NCBI GenBank assembly: GCA_014653385.1
Contig: JACWER010000002.1
Span: 60,258-124,257, forward strand
Reading direction: 5' to 3'
DNA from: Pelagibacterales bacterium SAG-MED50
GTDB taxonomy: Bacteria; Pseudomonadota; Alphaproteobacteria; Pelagibacterales; Pelagibacteraceae
Length of the DNA: 64,000 nucleotides
Positions 20,271-31,077 of this stretch are shown piece by piece; position 1 is the first letter of the stretch; each line of letters starts with the position of its first letter. The position numbers and the translations under genes were made by a program. The notes below the pieces were generated by a model. It did no database searches. It was given only the letters and a program-made list of their open reading frames with translations, and was not told where the DNA came from.

Positions 20271-21357
20271 TTTTGCATCAATCGAAAGTATCATTAATGT
20301 AGCCAAGAAAGGTGGAATGTTTATTCTTGTTGATGATGAAAAAAGAGAAAATGAAGGAGATCTAATTATCTCAACATCAAATTCTAATGCAAAAAATATA
20401 AATTTTATGGCAAAGTATGGCCGTGGTTTAATTTGTTTGGCTCTTGATACTGTTCAAGCAAAACGTTTAAATTTAACTTTGATGTCAGCAAATAATCAAT
20501 CACGAAATAAAACTGCTTTTACAGTGTCTATTGAAGCTAAAAAGGGGATCACCACTGGAATTTCTGCTAAAGATAGAGCAAAAACTATCAGTATCGCATC
20601 AAAAAAAAATGTTAAAAAAAATGATATTGTTTCACCTGGTCATATATTTCCAATAATTGCAAAAGATGGTGGTGTTTTGGTAAGGGCTGGTCACACAGAG
20701 GCGTCAGTAGATATATCTAAATTGGCTAAAAAAAATAATTCAGCAGTAATTTGTGAAATTATGAATGAAAATGGGACAATGGCTAAAGGTCAAGAATTAT
20801 TTAATTTTGCAAAAAAACATAAACTTAAAATTGGTAAGATTGAAGACTTGATAGCTTATCGATTAAAAAAAGAAAAATTAATTAAATTAAAGAAACAAAG
20901 TCACATTGAAGTAAAAAATCAAAAGTATAAAATTAGAATTTATGAAAACCTTCTTGATGGATCTGAGCATTTTGCTTTAATTAAAGGAACAATAAAAAGA
21001 GGGATTACTCCTAGAGTTAGAGTAATTTCTTCAAATGTAGTGCAAAATTATTTAATAAATCAGCAATTACCTAATTCTTTCAATAAAACACTTAACTATT
21101 TTAAAAGATTTAATAATTGTGCTTTAGTTTTTATAAAAGATACAAATCTTAAATCAGTTACCCAAACTCTTAAAGATTATAAAAATAAAGACTTTTATAA
21201 AAAAGGAAAAGATAAACTAATTAGAAATTATGGTATTGGCGCTCAAATAATAAAGGATTTAAAAATTAAGAATATGACTTTAATCACAAAATCTCCTAAA
21301 AAAGTTATAGGTTTAGATGGTTATGGTATAAGAATTACCAAACAAGAAATTATTTAA
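20257..21357 (+). CDS. ribB: 3,4-dihydroxy-2-butanone 4-phosphate synthase with degenerate GTP cyclohydrolase II-like domain (RibBX type)
   Basis: DDEKRENEGD, RAGHTEA, ICEIMN; C-domain keeps RNYGIGAQI but lacks the Zn-binding Cys motif. Confidence 0.92.
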   Translation: MPKNNFASIESIINVAKKGGMFILVDDEKRENEGDLIISTSNSNAKNINFMAKYGRGLICLALDTVQAKRLNLTLMSANNQSRNKTAFTVSIEAKKGITTGISAKDRAKTISIASKKNVKKNDIVSPGHIFPIIAKDGGVLVRAGHTEASVDISKLAKKNNSAVICEIMNENGTMAKGQELFNFAKKHKLKIGKIEDLIAYRLKKEKLIKLKKQSHIEVKNQKYKIRIYENLLDGSEHFALIKGTIKRGITPRVRVISSNVVQNYLINQQLPNSFNKTLNYFKRFNNCALVFIKDTNLKSVTQTLKDYKNKDFYKKGKDKLIRNYGIGAQIIKDLKIKNMTLITKSPKKVIGLDGYGIRITKQEII

Positions 21358-21746
21358 TGAAAAAAAAATACTTAATAGTTGTAGCAGATTACTATAAAGA
21401 TATTGCAAAAGGCCTTCTTGATAGTTCTTTAAAACTAATCCCAAAATCTAACGAAATCAAAATTATTAGAGTTCCAGGTGTTTTTGAAATTCCCGTTACT
21501 ATATCTAAAAATATTAAAAAATATGATGCTTTTTTAGCTCTTGGATGTGTTATTAAAGGTCAAACACCTCATTTTGATTTCATATCACAAGCTTCAACAA
21601 ACGCCATAATGGATTTGTCTATTCACAATAAAAAACCCATTGGTAATGGGATCATAACTTGCTTGAATATGAATCAAGCTAAAGTTCGAAGAAAAAAAGG
21701 TGCAGAAGCTGCTGATGCTGTAAATTCAGTTTTATTACAAAAATGA
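21357..21746 (+). CDS. ribH: 6,7-dimethyl-8-ribityllumazine synthase
   Basis: VPGVFEIP, LGCVIKGQTPHFDFI. Confidence 0.95.
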   Translation: MKKKYLIVVADYYKDIAKGLLDSSLKLIPKSNEIKIIRVPGVFEIPVTISKNIKKYDAFLALGCVIKGQTPHFDFISQASTNAIMDLSIHNKKPIGNGIITCLNMNQAKVRRKKGAEAADAVNSVLLQK

Positions 21747-22147
21747 AAACTCATTTTAATCCAAAGAATAATCCAAGAGTTATTATAATTCAAAAATTAT
21801 ATGGCAAATTTTATAATGAAGATAATGATATAGAATTTCCAAAACATAGATTTAAAAAATTTATTAAAGATATCGTTTCTGGCACTATAGAACGTAACGA
21901 TCTAATTCTTGATGAATTAAATAATAAACTTGGGGATGATTTCGTTTTAGATAATTTAGATAAAGTATTTCAAACCATATTAAAAGCAGCAACATACGAA
22001 TTTCTATATAAGCCCAATATATCTATCAACATAATAATCAAAGAATATTTAAATTCATCTAATTTTTTCTTGGAAGACTCTCAAACTAAATATTTAAACG
22101 CCTTACTAGATAATGTTGGGAAAAAATTAAGAATTTCAAATGCATGA
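21743..22147 (+). CDS. nusB: Transcription antitermination factor NusB
   Basis: ribH-nusB-thiL order; IIKEY, YLNALLD. Confidence 0.88.
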   Translation: MKTHFNPKNNPRVIIIQKLYGKFYNEDNDIEFPKHRFKKFIKDIVSGTIERNDLILDELNNKLGDDFVLDNLDKVFQTILKAATYEFLYKPNISINIIIKEYLNSSNFFLEDSQTKYLNALLDNVGKKLRISNA

Positions 22148-23099
22148 ATTTGATCTAATTAAAAAATATTTTTCAAAATTATCCAAACTTAATAAGTCTT
22201 CATTAGATTTAAATGATGATGTTTTTTTTGATAAAAGAAAATCATTAGTGATTTCAATTGACACATACAATGAAGGAGTTCACTTTCTTGATTTTAAAAA
22301 ACCAGATTTAGTAATTAAAAAAATCTTAAGATCGTCTATATCTGATTTAATTTGTAAAGGTGTTTTACCAAAATATTATTTCATATCAGGTAGTGGCAAT
22401 AAAAAAACATTTACACATAAAAATTTATCTAAAATTTCTACCTCATTAAAAAAAGAGCAAAAGAAATATGGAATTTTTTTATGTGGAGGTGATACAACTT
22501 TTTCAAACAAAGTAAGTTTCTCGATTACATCTGTGGGTTTTTCAAAAAATATTATTTATAGAAATAAAGCTAAATATAATGATGATATATATGTTTCGGG
22601 AAATCTTGGTGATAGTTTTGTTGGTTTAAAAATCTTGCAAAACAAGGTTAAAACAAATAAAAAACTTAAAAACTACTTCGTAAAAAAATATTTTGAACCT
22701 GAAATTCAAATTAAACTAACAACAGAACTATTAAAGTTTGCAAACTCATCTATAGATATATCTGATGGCTTAGTTGGTGATCTTGAAAAAATGATTAATA
22801 GACAAAAATTATCATATAAAATTTTAGAAGAAAAAATTCCTGTATCTAAAAATTTACATAATTATTTAAAAAAAAATAATCTTAAAAAATCAAATTTCGT
22901 ATCTAATGGAGATGACTATCAGATATTATTTACTGCCAGTGTTGATAAATCGAGAATCATTGAAAGCACATCAAGGAGGCTAGGTGTTAAAATATCCAAA
23001 ATTGGTAAAATTAGTCGAAATAATGAAAAATCATTCTTCATTAACCAAAAAGGTGAGCATTTACTGATCAAAAGCCCTGGTTATAAGCACCAATTCTAA
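22140..23099 (+). CDS. thiL: Thiamine-monophosphate kinase
   Basis: MHEFDLIKKYF, EGVHF, GGDT, DISDGL, GYKH. Confidence 0.93.
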   Translation: MHEFDLIKKYFSKLSKLNKSSLDLNDDVFFDKRKSLVISIDTYNEGVHFLDFKKPDLVIKKILRSSISDLICKGVLPKYYFISGSGNKKTFTHKNLSKISTSLKKEQKKYGIFLCGGDTTFSNKVSFSITSVGFSKNIIYRNKAKYNDDIYVSGNLGDSFVGLKILQNKVKTNKKLKNYFVKKYFEPEIQIKLTTELLKFANSSIDISDGLVGDLEKMINRQKLSYKILEEKIPVSKNLHNYLKKNNLKKSNFVSNGDDYQILFTASVDKSRIIESTSRRLGVKISKIGKISRNNEKSFFINQKGEHLLIKSPGYKHQF

Positions 23100-23177
23100 A
23101 AGTTAATTATTGTCTTTTTTAGCTTTTTTTGTATTGTCCGGGCTTAAAATTTAACAATCAACAAACTTAAGGTTTAT

Positions 23178-25283
23178 ATGAGCGAAACAGTAGAGACTAT
23201 TTTATTATACACAATCGGAGCTGGATTATTATCCATAGTTTATGGATTTTTTACTGGAAAAAATATTTTAAGTCAAAGTGCAGGTAATGCAAAGATGCAA
23301 GATATAGCATCTGCAATTCAAATTGGTGCTAAAGCTTATCTAGCAAGACAATACAAAACAATAGCTATTGTTGGTGTAGTTGTTTTAGTAATTGTAAGTA
23401 TTGCATTTAGTCCTTTAGTTGGTTTGGGTTATTTAGTTGGCGCAGCATTATCTGGTATTGCTGGTTATGTTGGTATGCTAGTTTCTGTTGAAGCTAATGT
23501 TAGAACTGCAGAAGCTTCTAGAAAAGGACTAGCACAAGGTTTATCTGTTGCATTTAAATCAGGTGCTGTAACTGGAATGTTGGTTGCTGGTTTGGCATTA
23601 TTGGCTATAGCTGTTTATTATTATTATTTATTAAAATTTAATATTGATGAAAGAGAAATAGTTAATGCACTTGTTGCCTTAGGTTTTGGTGCTTCTCTTA
23701 TTTCAATTTTTGCACGACTTGGTGGTGGCATATTTACAAAAGGTGCTGATGTTGGTGCTGATTTAGTTGGTAAAGTTGAAGCTGGTATTCCAGAAGATGA
23801 TCCTAGAAACCCAGCTGTTATCGCAGATAATGTTGGTGATAATGTGGGTGATTGTGCTGGTATGGCTGCAGATTTATTTGAAACATATGCTGTTACAATT
23901 GTTGCAACTATGGTTTTGTCATCTATTTTTTTTCAAGGTGACATGGACATGATGATTTATCCTCTTTCAATTGGTGGTGCTTGTATCCTAACTTCAATTT
24001 TAGGAACTTTTTTTGTTAAGCTTGGTAAAGATAAAAATGTAATGAATGCTTTATATAAAGGATTTGTAGTGTCTGCTATTGCTTCAATAATTATTTTATA
24101 TCCAGTAACAGATCATGTAATTGGTTTTGCTACTGAATATAAAGTTAATGGTAAAAACTTTAATGGAATGAGTTTATATTACTGTGGAATAATTGGTCTT
24201 GTAATTACAGGTTTATTAATTTGGATCACAGAATATTATACAGGTACAAATTATAGACCTGTAAAATCTGTTGCTGCTTCTTCAACGACAGGTCATGGTA
24301 CTAATGTTATTCAAGGTTTAGCTGTTTCTATGGAAGCAACTGCCGTGCCTGCATTAATTATTGTTTCTGGAATATTAGCTACTAATGCAATCGCTGGACT
24401 TTTTGGTATAGCAATTGCAGTAACTACTATGCTAGCTCTAGCTGGTATGGTTGTTGCTCTAGATGCTTATGGTCCTGTTACAGATAATGCTGGTGGTATT
24501 GCTGAAATGTCTAATCTAGATAAAAAAGTTAGAAAAACTACTGATGCACTAGATGCAGTTGGAAATACAACAAAAGCAGTAACCAAAGGTTATGCTATTG
24601 GTTCTGCTGGTTTAGGAGCTTTAGTTTTATTTGCAGCTTATGTTGAGGATATCAAGCATTTCTCCAATGTAGCTGGTTCAAAACTAGAAGGTATTGTTGT
24701 AACTTTTGACTTATCTAATCCATACGTAGTTGTTGGGTTATTAATTGGTGGAATGTTACCTTACTTATTTGGTTCTATGGGTATGCAAGCAGTTGGAAGA
24801 GCAGGTGGAGCTGTTGTTATAGAGGTAAGAAGACAATTTAAAAAGTTCCCTGGTATTATGAAGAGAAAACAAAAACCAGACTACGCTAAATTAGTTGATC
24901 TACTAACTGTAGCAGCAATTAAAGAGATGATAATACCATCTTTATTACCTGTTTTATCTCCTGTAGTTCTGTATTTTATAATTCTATCAATTGGTGGTCA
25001 GGTAGCAGCTTTAGCAGCCGTTGGAGCAATGTTGTTAGGAGTTATTATCACAGGATTATTTGTTGCACTTTCAATGACTGCAGGAGGTGGTGCTTGGGAT
25101 AATGCTAAAAAATATATTGAAGATGGAAATCATGGTGGAAAAGGTTCTGAAGCTCATAAAGCCGCTGTAACTGGTGATACAGTTGGAGATCCATACAAAG
25201 ATACAGCTGGTCCAGCTATAAATCCAATGATTAAGATTACTAATATTGTGGCTTTACTTTTGTTAGCTGTTATCGCTGGCTAA
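23178..25283 (+). CDS. hppA: Membrane-bound H+-translocating pyrophosphatase (K+-independent type)
   Basis: [36 protein letters not shown]. Confidence 0.96.
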   Translation: MSETVETILLYTIGAGLLSIVYGFFTGKNILSQSAGNAKMQDIASAIQIGAKAYLARQYKTIAIVGVVVLVIVSIAFSPLVGLGYLVGAALSGIAGYVGMLVSVEANVRTAEASRKGLAQGLSVAFKSGAVTGMLVAGLALLAIAVYYYYLLKFNIDEREIVNALVALGFGASLISIFARLGGGIFTKGADVGADLVGKVEAGIPEDDPRNPAVIADNVGDNVGDCAGMAADLFETYAVTIVATMVLSSIFFQGDMDMMIYPLSIGGACILTSILGTFFVKLGKDKNVMNALYKGFVVSAIASIIILYPVTDHVIGFATEYKVNGKNFNGMSLYYCGIIGLVITGLLIWITEYYTGTNYRPVKSVAASSTTGHGTNVIQGLAVSMEATAVPALIIVSGILATNAIAGLFGIAIAVTTMLALAGMVVALDAYGPVTDNAGGIAEMSNLDKKVRKTTDALDAVGNTTKAVTKGYAIGSAGLGALVLFAAYVEDIKHFSNVAGSKLEGIVVTFDLSNPYVVVGLLIGGMLPYLFGSMGMQAVGRAGGAVVIEVRRQFKKFPGIMKRKQKPDYAKLVDLLTVAAIKEMIIPSLLPVLSPVVLYFIILSIGGQVAALAAVGAMLLGVIITGLFVALSMTAGGGAWDNAKKYIEDGNHGGKGSEAHKAAVTGDTVGDPYKDTAGPAINPMIKITNIVALLLLAVIAG

Positions 25284-25755
25284 TTTTATTTCGTTTTTTG
25301 GCCCTCTGTCCAAGAGGGTCATTAATCTTCTGTCTCATACTTGACATAAAACTGTATATAAAATTATTTTTTTTAAATCCAGTTTCTGTAGTAGATTTTA
25401 CTAATTTTAATTTTCTCATATTTTCTTTATTGTAGAATTCTTTTTTTTTAAGAATTCCATAATTATCAATTTCCAAAACCAAAACATGATTTTTATAAAT
25501 TTTCATTTTACCTAACTCTTTTAAATCTGATTGTGTTTGTTTGCGCTCAATATAAATCCAAACATCATTATCAAATTTACTAGTTGTTGATGGATATCCT
25601 AAAATAGTTCTTATCTCATTTTTATTAGTTTTGTTAACTATTAATGATATTTGTTTTTTCTCTAAAAATGGTACCCCATGATGTTTTGAAACTTTCTTGA
25701 ATGAACAATTTGAAACTATCAATAAGATAAAAATTATATATAATATTTTAAGCAT
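25270..25755 (-). CDS. bamE: Outer membrane protein assembly lipoprotein BamE
   Basis: Lipobox VSNC; [14 protein letters not shown]...WIYI. Confidence 0.85.
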   Translation of the reverse strand: MLKILYIIFILLIVSNCSFKKVSKHHGVPFLEKKQISLIVNKTNKNEIRTILGYPSTTSKFDNDVWIYIERKQTQSDLKELGKMKIYKNHVLVLEIDNYGILKKKEFYNKENMRKLKLVKSTTETGFKKNNFIYSFMSSMRQKINDPLGQRAKKRNKISQR

Positions 25756-26221
25756 GAATGAAAAATATCTTTATACTTATAACAAATTGATTAATTTCAC
25801 TAGGAATAAAGATTTATATAAATCTCTAAATCGTGTTGATAATTTTTCAGATCGTTTAACCTTGTTTTTACTACATTTTGCATTTTTTTTGAAAAATTAT
25901 AAAAATGAGAAAAATAAGATTATTTTGCAAGAAATTTATGATTTTAATTTTAGACAGCTTGAGCTTAGTATAAGGGAAATTGGATATGGTGATCAATCGA
26001 TTAATAAAAAAATGAAAGATTATATAAATCTATTTCATTCAATGGTTTCGGAAATTCATTTTTGGGACAAACTATCAAAAACCCAAAAGATTGAAAAGTT
26101 TTCAATTTTTTTAACTGATTTTCAAGAAATTGATTATTTGCTTGATTATTTTGAGTTATTTGATGACAATTTATCAAAAAAAACTTTGAATTCTTATTTA
26201 AAAAGTGTAAGTAACCAATAA
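25754..26221 (+). CDS. Ubiquinol-cytochrome c chaperone (Cbp3 family); start set at ATG 25754
   Basis: [32 protein letters not shown]; divergent from bamE as in other alphaproteobacteria. Confidence 0.8.
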   Translation: MNEKYLYTYNKLINFTRNKDLYKSLNRVDNFSDRLTLFLLHFAFFLKNYKNEKNKIILQEIYDFNFRQLELSIREIGYGDQSINKKMKDYINLFHSMVSEIHFWDKLSKTQKIEKFSIFLTDFQEIDYLLDYFELFDDNLSKKTLNSYLKSVSNQ

Positions 26222-26223
26222 TT

Positions 26224-26406
26224 ATGGCCGTACCAAAACGTAAACAAACCCCATCCAGAACTGGAATGAGAAGGGCTCAAACGATGAAATATTCAACAAA
26301 AAACATTGTTGAAGATAAAAAATCAGGTGAGTATAGATTGTCCCATCATTTAGATTTAAAAACTGGAATGTATAAGGGCAGACAAGTTTTAGACCCAAAA
26401 GAATAA
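26224..26406 (+). CDS. rpmF: 50S ribosomal protein L32
   Basis: [32 protein letters not shown]. Confidence 0.96.
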   Translation: MAVPKRKQTPSRTGMRRAQTMKYSTKNIVEDKKSGEYRLSHHLDLKTGMYKGRQVLDPKE

Positions 26407-26419
26407 TATAAAATCTAAA

Positions 26420-27421
26420 ATGACTGATCTGATTAAAATTGCAGTTGATGCAATGGGTGGTGATAATTCACCGAATAAAGTTATTAATGGAATAATACTC
26501 AATCATAAATCAAATAAGAATGTATTTTACAAAATTTTTGGTGACGAAAATAAAATAAACAATCTTATTGGTAATAAAATTAGTAATGATTTTTTTGAAA
26601 TCATAAACACCACAGACATTGTTAAGAGTACTGATAGTCCTCTTGAGGGAGCAAAAAGAGGTAAAAATACTAGTATGTGGCTTGCAATCGAAAGTGTTAA
26701 GAGCAAAGAAGCGGATATTGTAGTTTCAGCAGGCAATACAGGTGCATTATTAGTTATTTCAAAACTCAATCTTAAAATGATAGAAAATATTGATAAGCCT
26801 GCATTGTCTGCTTTATGGCCAAACAAAAAATCAATGAGTGTTGTTTTAGATTTGGGAGCAAATATTGAATGTAGTTCTAAAAATTTATTAGATTTTTCTA
26901 TAATGGGTGCTTCTCTTTACACTTCTTTATATCCTGGGGTTAAACCAAATGTAGGTTTACTAAATATAGGTTCTGAAGAACTCAAAGGAAATGAAATTAT
27001 AAAAGAAACTTATCAAATCTTAAACGAAAAGAAGTCTCATAATTATGATTTTGCTGGATACATTGAGGGTAATCATTTAATGGATGGTGAAATTAATGTG
27101 ATTGTGTCAGATGGATTTACTGGAAATGTTGCTTTAAAAACTGCTGAAGGTACTGCTAATTTTATTACAAGTGAGCTCAAAAAAGCTATGACGGGATCAC
27201 TAATTGGAAAAATCTCATCTTTGTTAAATATTTCAAATTTAAAAAGATTCAAAAAACGTCTAGATCCAAGACTATATAATGGAGCAATATTCATTGGACT
27301 TGACTCACCTGTTGTTAAAAGCCACGGAGGCACTGATTATATTGGATTTTCAAATTCTTTAGATGTTTGCCATAGAATAGTAAAAGGTAATTTGATAGAA
27401 AAGATTAAACAAAATATTTAA
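26420..27421 (+). CDS. plsX: Phosphate acyltransferase PlsX
   Basis: AVDAMGGD, SAGNTGA, DLGAN, DGFTGNVALKTAEG, KSHG. Confidence 0.97.
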   Translation: MTDLIKIAVDAMGGDNSPNKVINGIILNHKSNKNVFYKIFGDENKINNLIGNKISNDFFEIINTTDIVKSTDSPLEGAKRGKNTSMWLAIESVKSKEADIVVSAGNTGALLVISKLNLKMIENIDKPALSALWPNKKSMSVVLDLGANIECSSKNLLDFSIMGASLYTSLYPGVKPNVGLLNIGSEELKGNEIIKETYQILNEKKSHNYDFAGYIEGNHLMDGEINVIVSDGFTGNVALKTAEGTANFITSELKKAMTGSLIGKISSLLNISNLKRFKKRLDPRLYNGAIFIGLDSPVVKSHGGTDYIGFSNSLDVCHRIVKGNLIEKIKQNI

Positions 27422-27424
27422 TTA

Positions 27425-27724
27425 ATGAGAATAAATTTAACTAAAAAAGACTTAGTTAATTTAGTTTATATGCAACTAGGTTTTTCTAAACAAATTTCAG
27501 AAAACTTAATAGAAGATTTTTTATCAACAATTGTTTCAAATATTAAAGAAGAAAAAAAATTAAAATTATCAAAATTTGGAACATTTAGTATTAGACAAAA
27601 GAAATCTCGAATAGGAAGAAACCCTAAAACAAAAGAAACTAAAATGATTTCAAGTAGAGAAGTTGTGTTATTTAAACCTTCAAAAGAATTTAAAGAATTT
27701 GTAAATTTGAAAGATAATGGATAA
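27425..27724 (+). CDS. ihfA: Integration host factor subunit alpha
   Basis: LTKKDL, FGTFSIRQKKSRIGRNPKT; plsX-ihfA-MerR context. Confidence 0.88.
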   Translation: MRINLTKKDLVNLVYMQLGFSKQISENLIEDFLSTIVSNIKEEKKLKLSKFGTFSIRQKKSRIGRNPKTKETKMISSREVVLFKPSKEFKEFVNLKDNG

Positions 27725-28088
27725 GTCTGATAGCGCCTATAAAACGATAGGAGAGGTTGCTAAAATATTAAACTTAAAATCTAATAAGAAAGGTGAACTT
27801 TCAACTCATATAATTAGATTTTGGGAAAAACAATTTAAGCAAATAAAACCAAAAATCTTAAATTCAAATAGAAGGTATTATGATGAAAATTGCATTAATC
27901 TTCTTAAAAAAGTTAAATTTCTTCTTAAGGAACAAGGTATGACTATTAATGGTGTGAAAAAAGTACTTAATGGAGATCAATCTTTAGAACTTGACGAAAT
28001 GGCAAATAATTCTATAAAAGCAGATAATTTAAGAAATAAATTAGTTAAAATTTCTAAAATTGTTAAAAACTTAAAAAATTTAAAATAA
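27717..28088 (+). CDS. MerR-family transcriptional regulator
   Basis: KTIGEVA, HIIRFWE, RRYY, GMTINGVK. Confidence 0.9.
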   Translation: MDKSDSAYKTIGEVAKILNLKSNKKGELSTHIIRFWEKQFKQIKPKILNSNRRYYDENCINLLKKVKFLLKEQGMTINGVKKVLNGDQSLELDEMANNSIKADNLRNKLVKISKIVKNLKNLK

Positions 28089-28089
28089 A

Positions 28090-28281
28090 ATGGCAAAAAA
28101 AACACACGTAAAAGTAAGATTGGTTCCAGAGTCAAAGCCAGATAGCCCATTCTTTTACTATGTAAAAAAACCTGCGGGTGGTGAAAAAGCTAAAGTAAAG
28201 CTCTCAGCCAAAAAATATAATCCTGCTACAAGAAAACACGAAACATTTGTGGAAAAAAAACTTCCACCTCACAGTAAGTAA
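28090..28281 (+). CDS. rpmG: 50S ribosomal protein L33
   Basis: KVRLV...FYYVKK...KKYNPATRKHETFVEKK. Confidence 0.88.
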   Translation: MAKKTHVKVRLVPESKPDSPFFYYVKKPAGGEKAKVKLSAKKYNPATRKHETFVEKKLPPHSK

Positions 28282-28572
28282 TTACTTTTTTTTAAAATTC
28301 CTTCTTTCGTAATCAATATAAGACCAGATCATATTCTTCCATACACGATTAGTAATTTTTGGGTCTATTTTAAGTTTTTTAGATTTTCCTCTAATTTTTT
28401 TTAAAATAGAATTAATTCTTTTTTGATCAACTATTTCTTTTTTAAATTCTTTTAATTTAAGTACTTCTTCAACTAGAGAAGTCCGATACTTAATTAAAGC
28501 TAGAAGTTTATTATCTAATTTATCTAGTTTCGTACGTATTCCTTCTAATTTTTTTTTATTTTTTGGCGACAT
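28282..28572 (-). CDS. Chorismate mutase (AroQ type)
   Basis: IRTKLDKLDNKLLALIKYR, IVDQKR. Confidence 0.85.
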   Translation of the reverse strand: MSPKNKKKLEGIRTKLDKLDNKLLALIKYRTSLVEEVLKLKEFKKEIVDQKRINSILKKIRGKSKKLKIDPKITNRVWKNMIWSYIDYERRNFKKK

Positions 28573-28615
28573 TTAATTTATTGGATTTATTAACAAATAT
28601 TATATTTATCTATAT

Positions 28616-29638
28616 ATGTACAGTCAGAATAGTCATTTAAATAATCAATTAAAAGTTTGGTTACTTACACTTATTGTACTTATAATTCTTATAATTTTAG
28701 TTGGTGGTTTAACAAGATTAACTGACTCTGGACTATCTATAACAACATGGGAATTATTTTTGGGAATTATTCCACCTCTTACAAATGATAAATGGATTGA
28801 TTATTTTGAACTCTATAAAACTATTCCTGAATTTAGTGAACAAAATTTTAATATGACGCTTAATGAATTTAAGGTAATTTTTTGGTGGGAATGGGGTCAC
28901 CGTCTATTGGGTAGATTAATTGGTTTATCTGTATTGTTACCACTTATATTTTTTTCAATCAAATATGATCTAAGAATTTTAAAAGACTATGGATTGATCT
29001 TTTTATTAGTTTGTTTTCAAGGTTTTATTGGTTGGTACATGGTATCTAGCGGTTTATTTGATAGGATTGATGTTAGTCATTACAGACTTTCATTACATTT
29101 AGTAACAGCCTTTATAATTTTGTCTGTAATATTTTGGAAATTTCTTAAATTAACTAAAATTCAAGCACAATATATTTCAATTAATACTAATTTAATAAAG
29201 GTTTTTCTTTTTTTATTATTTTTACAATTAATAATAGGTGCCTTTGTATCGGGAATGGATGCTGGGAAAATTTACAATACTTGGCCTTTAATGGGCTCAT
29301 CCTATTTTCCTGACGATAGTCAATTTATTGAATTTTTAAATGTAAACGTTTTTGACAATCCCTCTATAGTTCAATTTATTCACAGAAATTTAGCTTATTT
29401 AATTTTAGGTATTTATATCTACTTTCTTTTTTATGTTGTCAAAGACAGCAATAAAATATTCAGAAAACCTATGTTGATAATTGGAATTAGTTTATTTCTA
29501 CAAGTTGTTTTAGGGATATTAACTCTGTTATCTGGAGTAAAGATTTTTTATGCATCTCTACACCAGATAAATTCTATTTTAATTATTTTATCAACTTTGT
29601 ATTTTCTATATTTATCAAATTATAGAAAAGTTAATTAA
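28616..29638 (+). CDS. ctaA: Heme A synthase (COX15/CtaA)
   Basis: GGLTRLTDSGLSI, WEWGHR, GWYMVSSG, QFIHR, ASLHQ. Confidence 0.95.
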   Translation: MYSQNSHLNNQLKVWLLTLIVLIILIILVGGLTRLTDSGLSITTWELFLGIIPPLTNDKWIDYFELYKTIPEFSEQNFNMTLNEFKVIFWWEWGHRLLGRLIGLSVLLPLIFFSIKYDLRILKDYGLIFLLVCFQGFIGWYMVSSGLFDRIDVSHYRLSLHLVTAFIILSVIFWKFLKLTKIQAQYISINTNLIKVFLFLLFLQLIIGAFVSGMDAGKIYNTWPLMGSSYFPDDSQFIEFLNVNVFDNPSIVQFIHRNLAYLILGIYIYFLFYVVKDSNKIFRKPMLIIGISLFLQVVLGILTLLSGVKIFYASLHQINSILIILSTLYFLYLSNYRKVN

Positions 29639-29668
29639 TCTCTGCATGTTGACATATAAATCCTATAC

Positions 29669-30997
29669 TTAGCTTACAGCTTTTAGATTACCTTTAGAAG
29701 ATTTGTCTAAAGCTTGATCTAAGTCATCAATAATATCATCTATATGTTCTAAACCTATACATAATCGTACATATCCAGGTGTTACACCCGCTGCAGTTAA
29801 CTCATCCTCTGTTAATTGACTATGAGTAGTAGTTGCTGGGTGAATAGCTAAACTTCTAGCATCACCAATGTTAGCTACATGGTAAAACATTTTTAAAGAT
29901 TCTATAAATTTTTTACCAGCCTCTATGCCACCTGCTAATTCAATACCAACTAATGCACCATTTCCATTTTTAAGATATTTCTTCGCTCTACTAGAAATTT
30001 CTTCATTATGTTCAGTTGCATAAATCACTTTAGATATAGCCTTATGTTTTTTTAGATAATCAACAACTTTTGCTGCATTTTCACAGTGTTGTTTCATTCT
30101 TAAAGCAACAGTTTCTAAGCCTTGAATTACACCAAAAGCGTTATCAGGCGATAAAGCTGATCCTAGATCTCTTAACAAAGTTACTCTAGCTCTTACAGCA
30201 AAAGAAACATTTGCACCTGTTAATTCAGGCACTGCTTTACCCCAAACTACACCTCCATAACTTGCGTCTGGTTCATTAAATAGCGGTTGTCTTTTTGGAT
30301 CCGCTGTCCAATCAAAATTTCCTCCATCAACTAATGCTCCACCAACAACTGTTCCATGACCAGCTATATATTTTGTAAGCGAATAAACAACTACAGCTGC
30401 TCCATGTTCAAGTGGTTTACAAATAACAGGTGCTGCTGTGTTATCAACAATTAGAGGTATATTGTATTTCTTACCAATATCTGCAACTTCTTTAATTGGA
30501 AAAACCCTCAAATAAGGATTTGGTAAAGTTTCCCCATAAAAAGCTCTTGTCTTTTCATCAATTGCTTTTTCAAAGTTTTTTGGATCAGAAGGGTCTGCGT
30601 ATCTAACTTCAATACCAAGTTTACTTAATGTATGCGTAAATAATGATACTGTTCCCCCATACAGATCTGTTGAACTTACAACATTATCACCTGCTTGAGC
30701 TACATTTAGAATTGCGAAAGTAGATGCTGTCTGTCCTGATGAAACCGTCAAACAAGCTAAACCACCATCAAGTGCGGCAACTCTTTTTTCTAAAACATCA
30801 TTGGTTGGATTCATTATTCTTGTGTAAATGTTTCCAAATTCCTTTAGCGCAAACAAGTTTGCAGCATGTTCAGTGCTATCAAATTGATACGATGTAGTTC
30901 TATATATTGGAACAGCTACTGCGTTAGTTGATGGGTCGCTTCTATAATCTCCACCATGAATTGCTATTGTTTCTGGATTATTTCTTTTTGTACTCAT
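29669..30997 (-). CDS. metY: O-acetylhomoserine sulfhydrylase
   Basis: GNIYTRIMNPT, YSLTKY (PLP Lys), ANIGDARSLAIHPATTTHSQL. Confidence 0.95.
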   Translation of the reverse strand: MSTKRNNPETIAIHGGDYRSDPSTNAVAVPIYRTTSYQFDSTEHAANLFALKEFGNIYTRIMNPTNDVLEKRVAALDGGLACLTVSSGQTASTFAILNVAQAGDNVVSSTDLYGGTVSLFTHTLSKLGIEVRYADPSDPKNFEKAIDEKTRAFYGETLPNPYLRVFPIKEVADIGKKYNIPLIVDNTAAPVICKPLEHGAAVVVYSLTKYIAGHGTVVGGALVDGGNFDWTADPKRQPLFNEPDASYGGVVWGKAVPELTGANVSFAVRARVTLLRDLGSALSPDNAFGVIQGLETVALRMKQHCENAAKVVDYLKKHKAISKVIYATEHNEEISSRAKKYLKNGNGALVGIELAGGIEAGKKFIESLKMFYHVANIGDARSLAIHPATTTHSQLTEDELTAAGVTPGYVRLCIGLEHIDDIIDDLDQALDKSSKGNLKAVS

Positions 30998-31001
30998 TTT
31001 T

Positions 31002-31055
31002 CTCCTTTTTAGTGCTTTAACTTAATGTAAGGCGCACAATACAGTTCAAATGCCT
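31002..31055 (-). ncRNA. SAM-V riboswitch overlapping the metY Shine-Dalgarno
   Basis: Minus strand AGGCATTTGAACTGTATTGTGCGCCT...GCACTAAAAAGGAG, ending 4 nt before the metY ATG. Confidence 0.9.
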
Positions 31056-31077
31056 ACCGATAATGTAATGAAAAATT

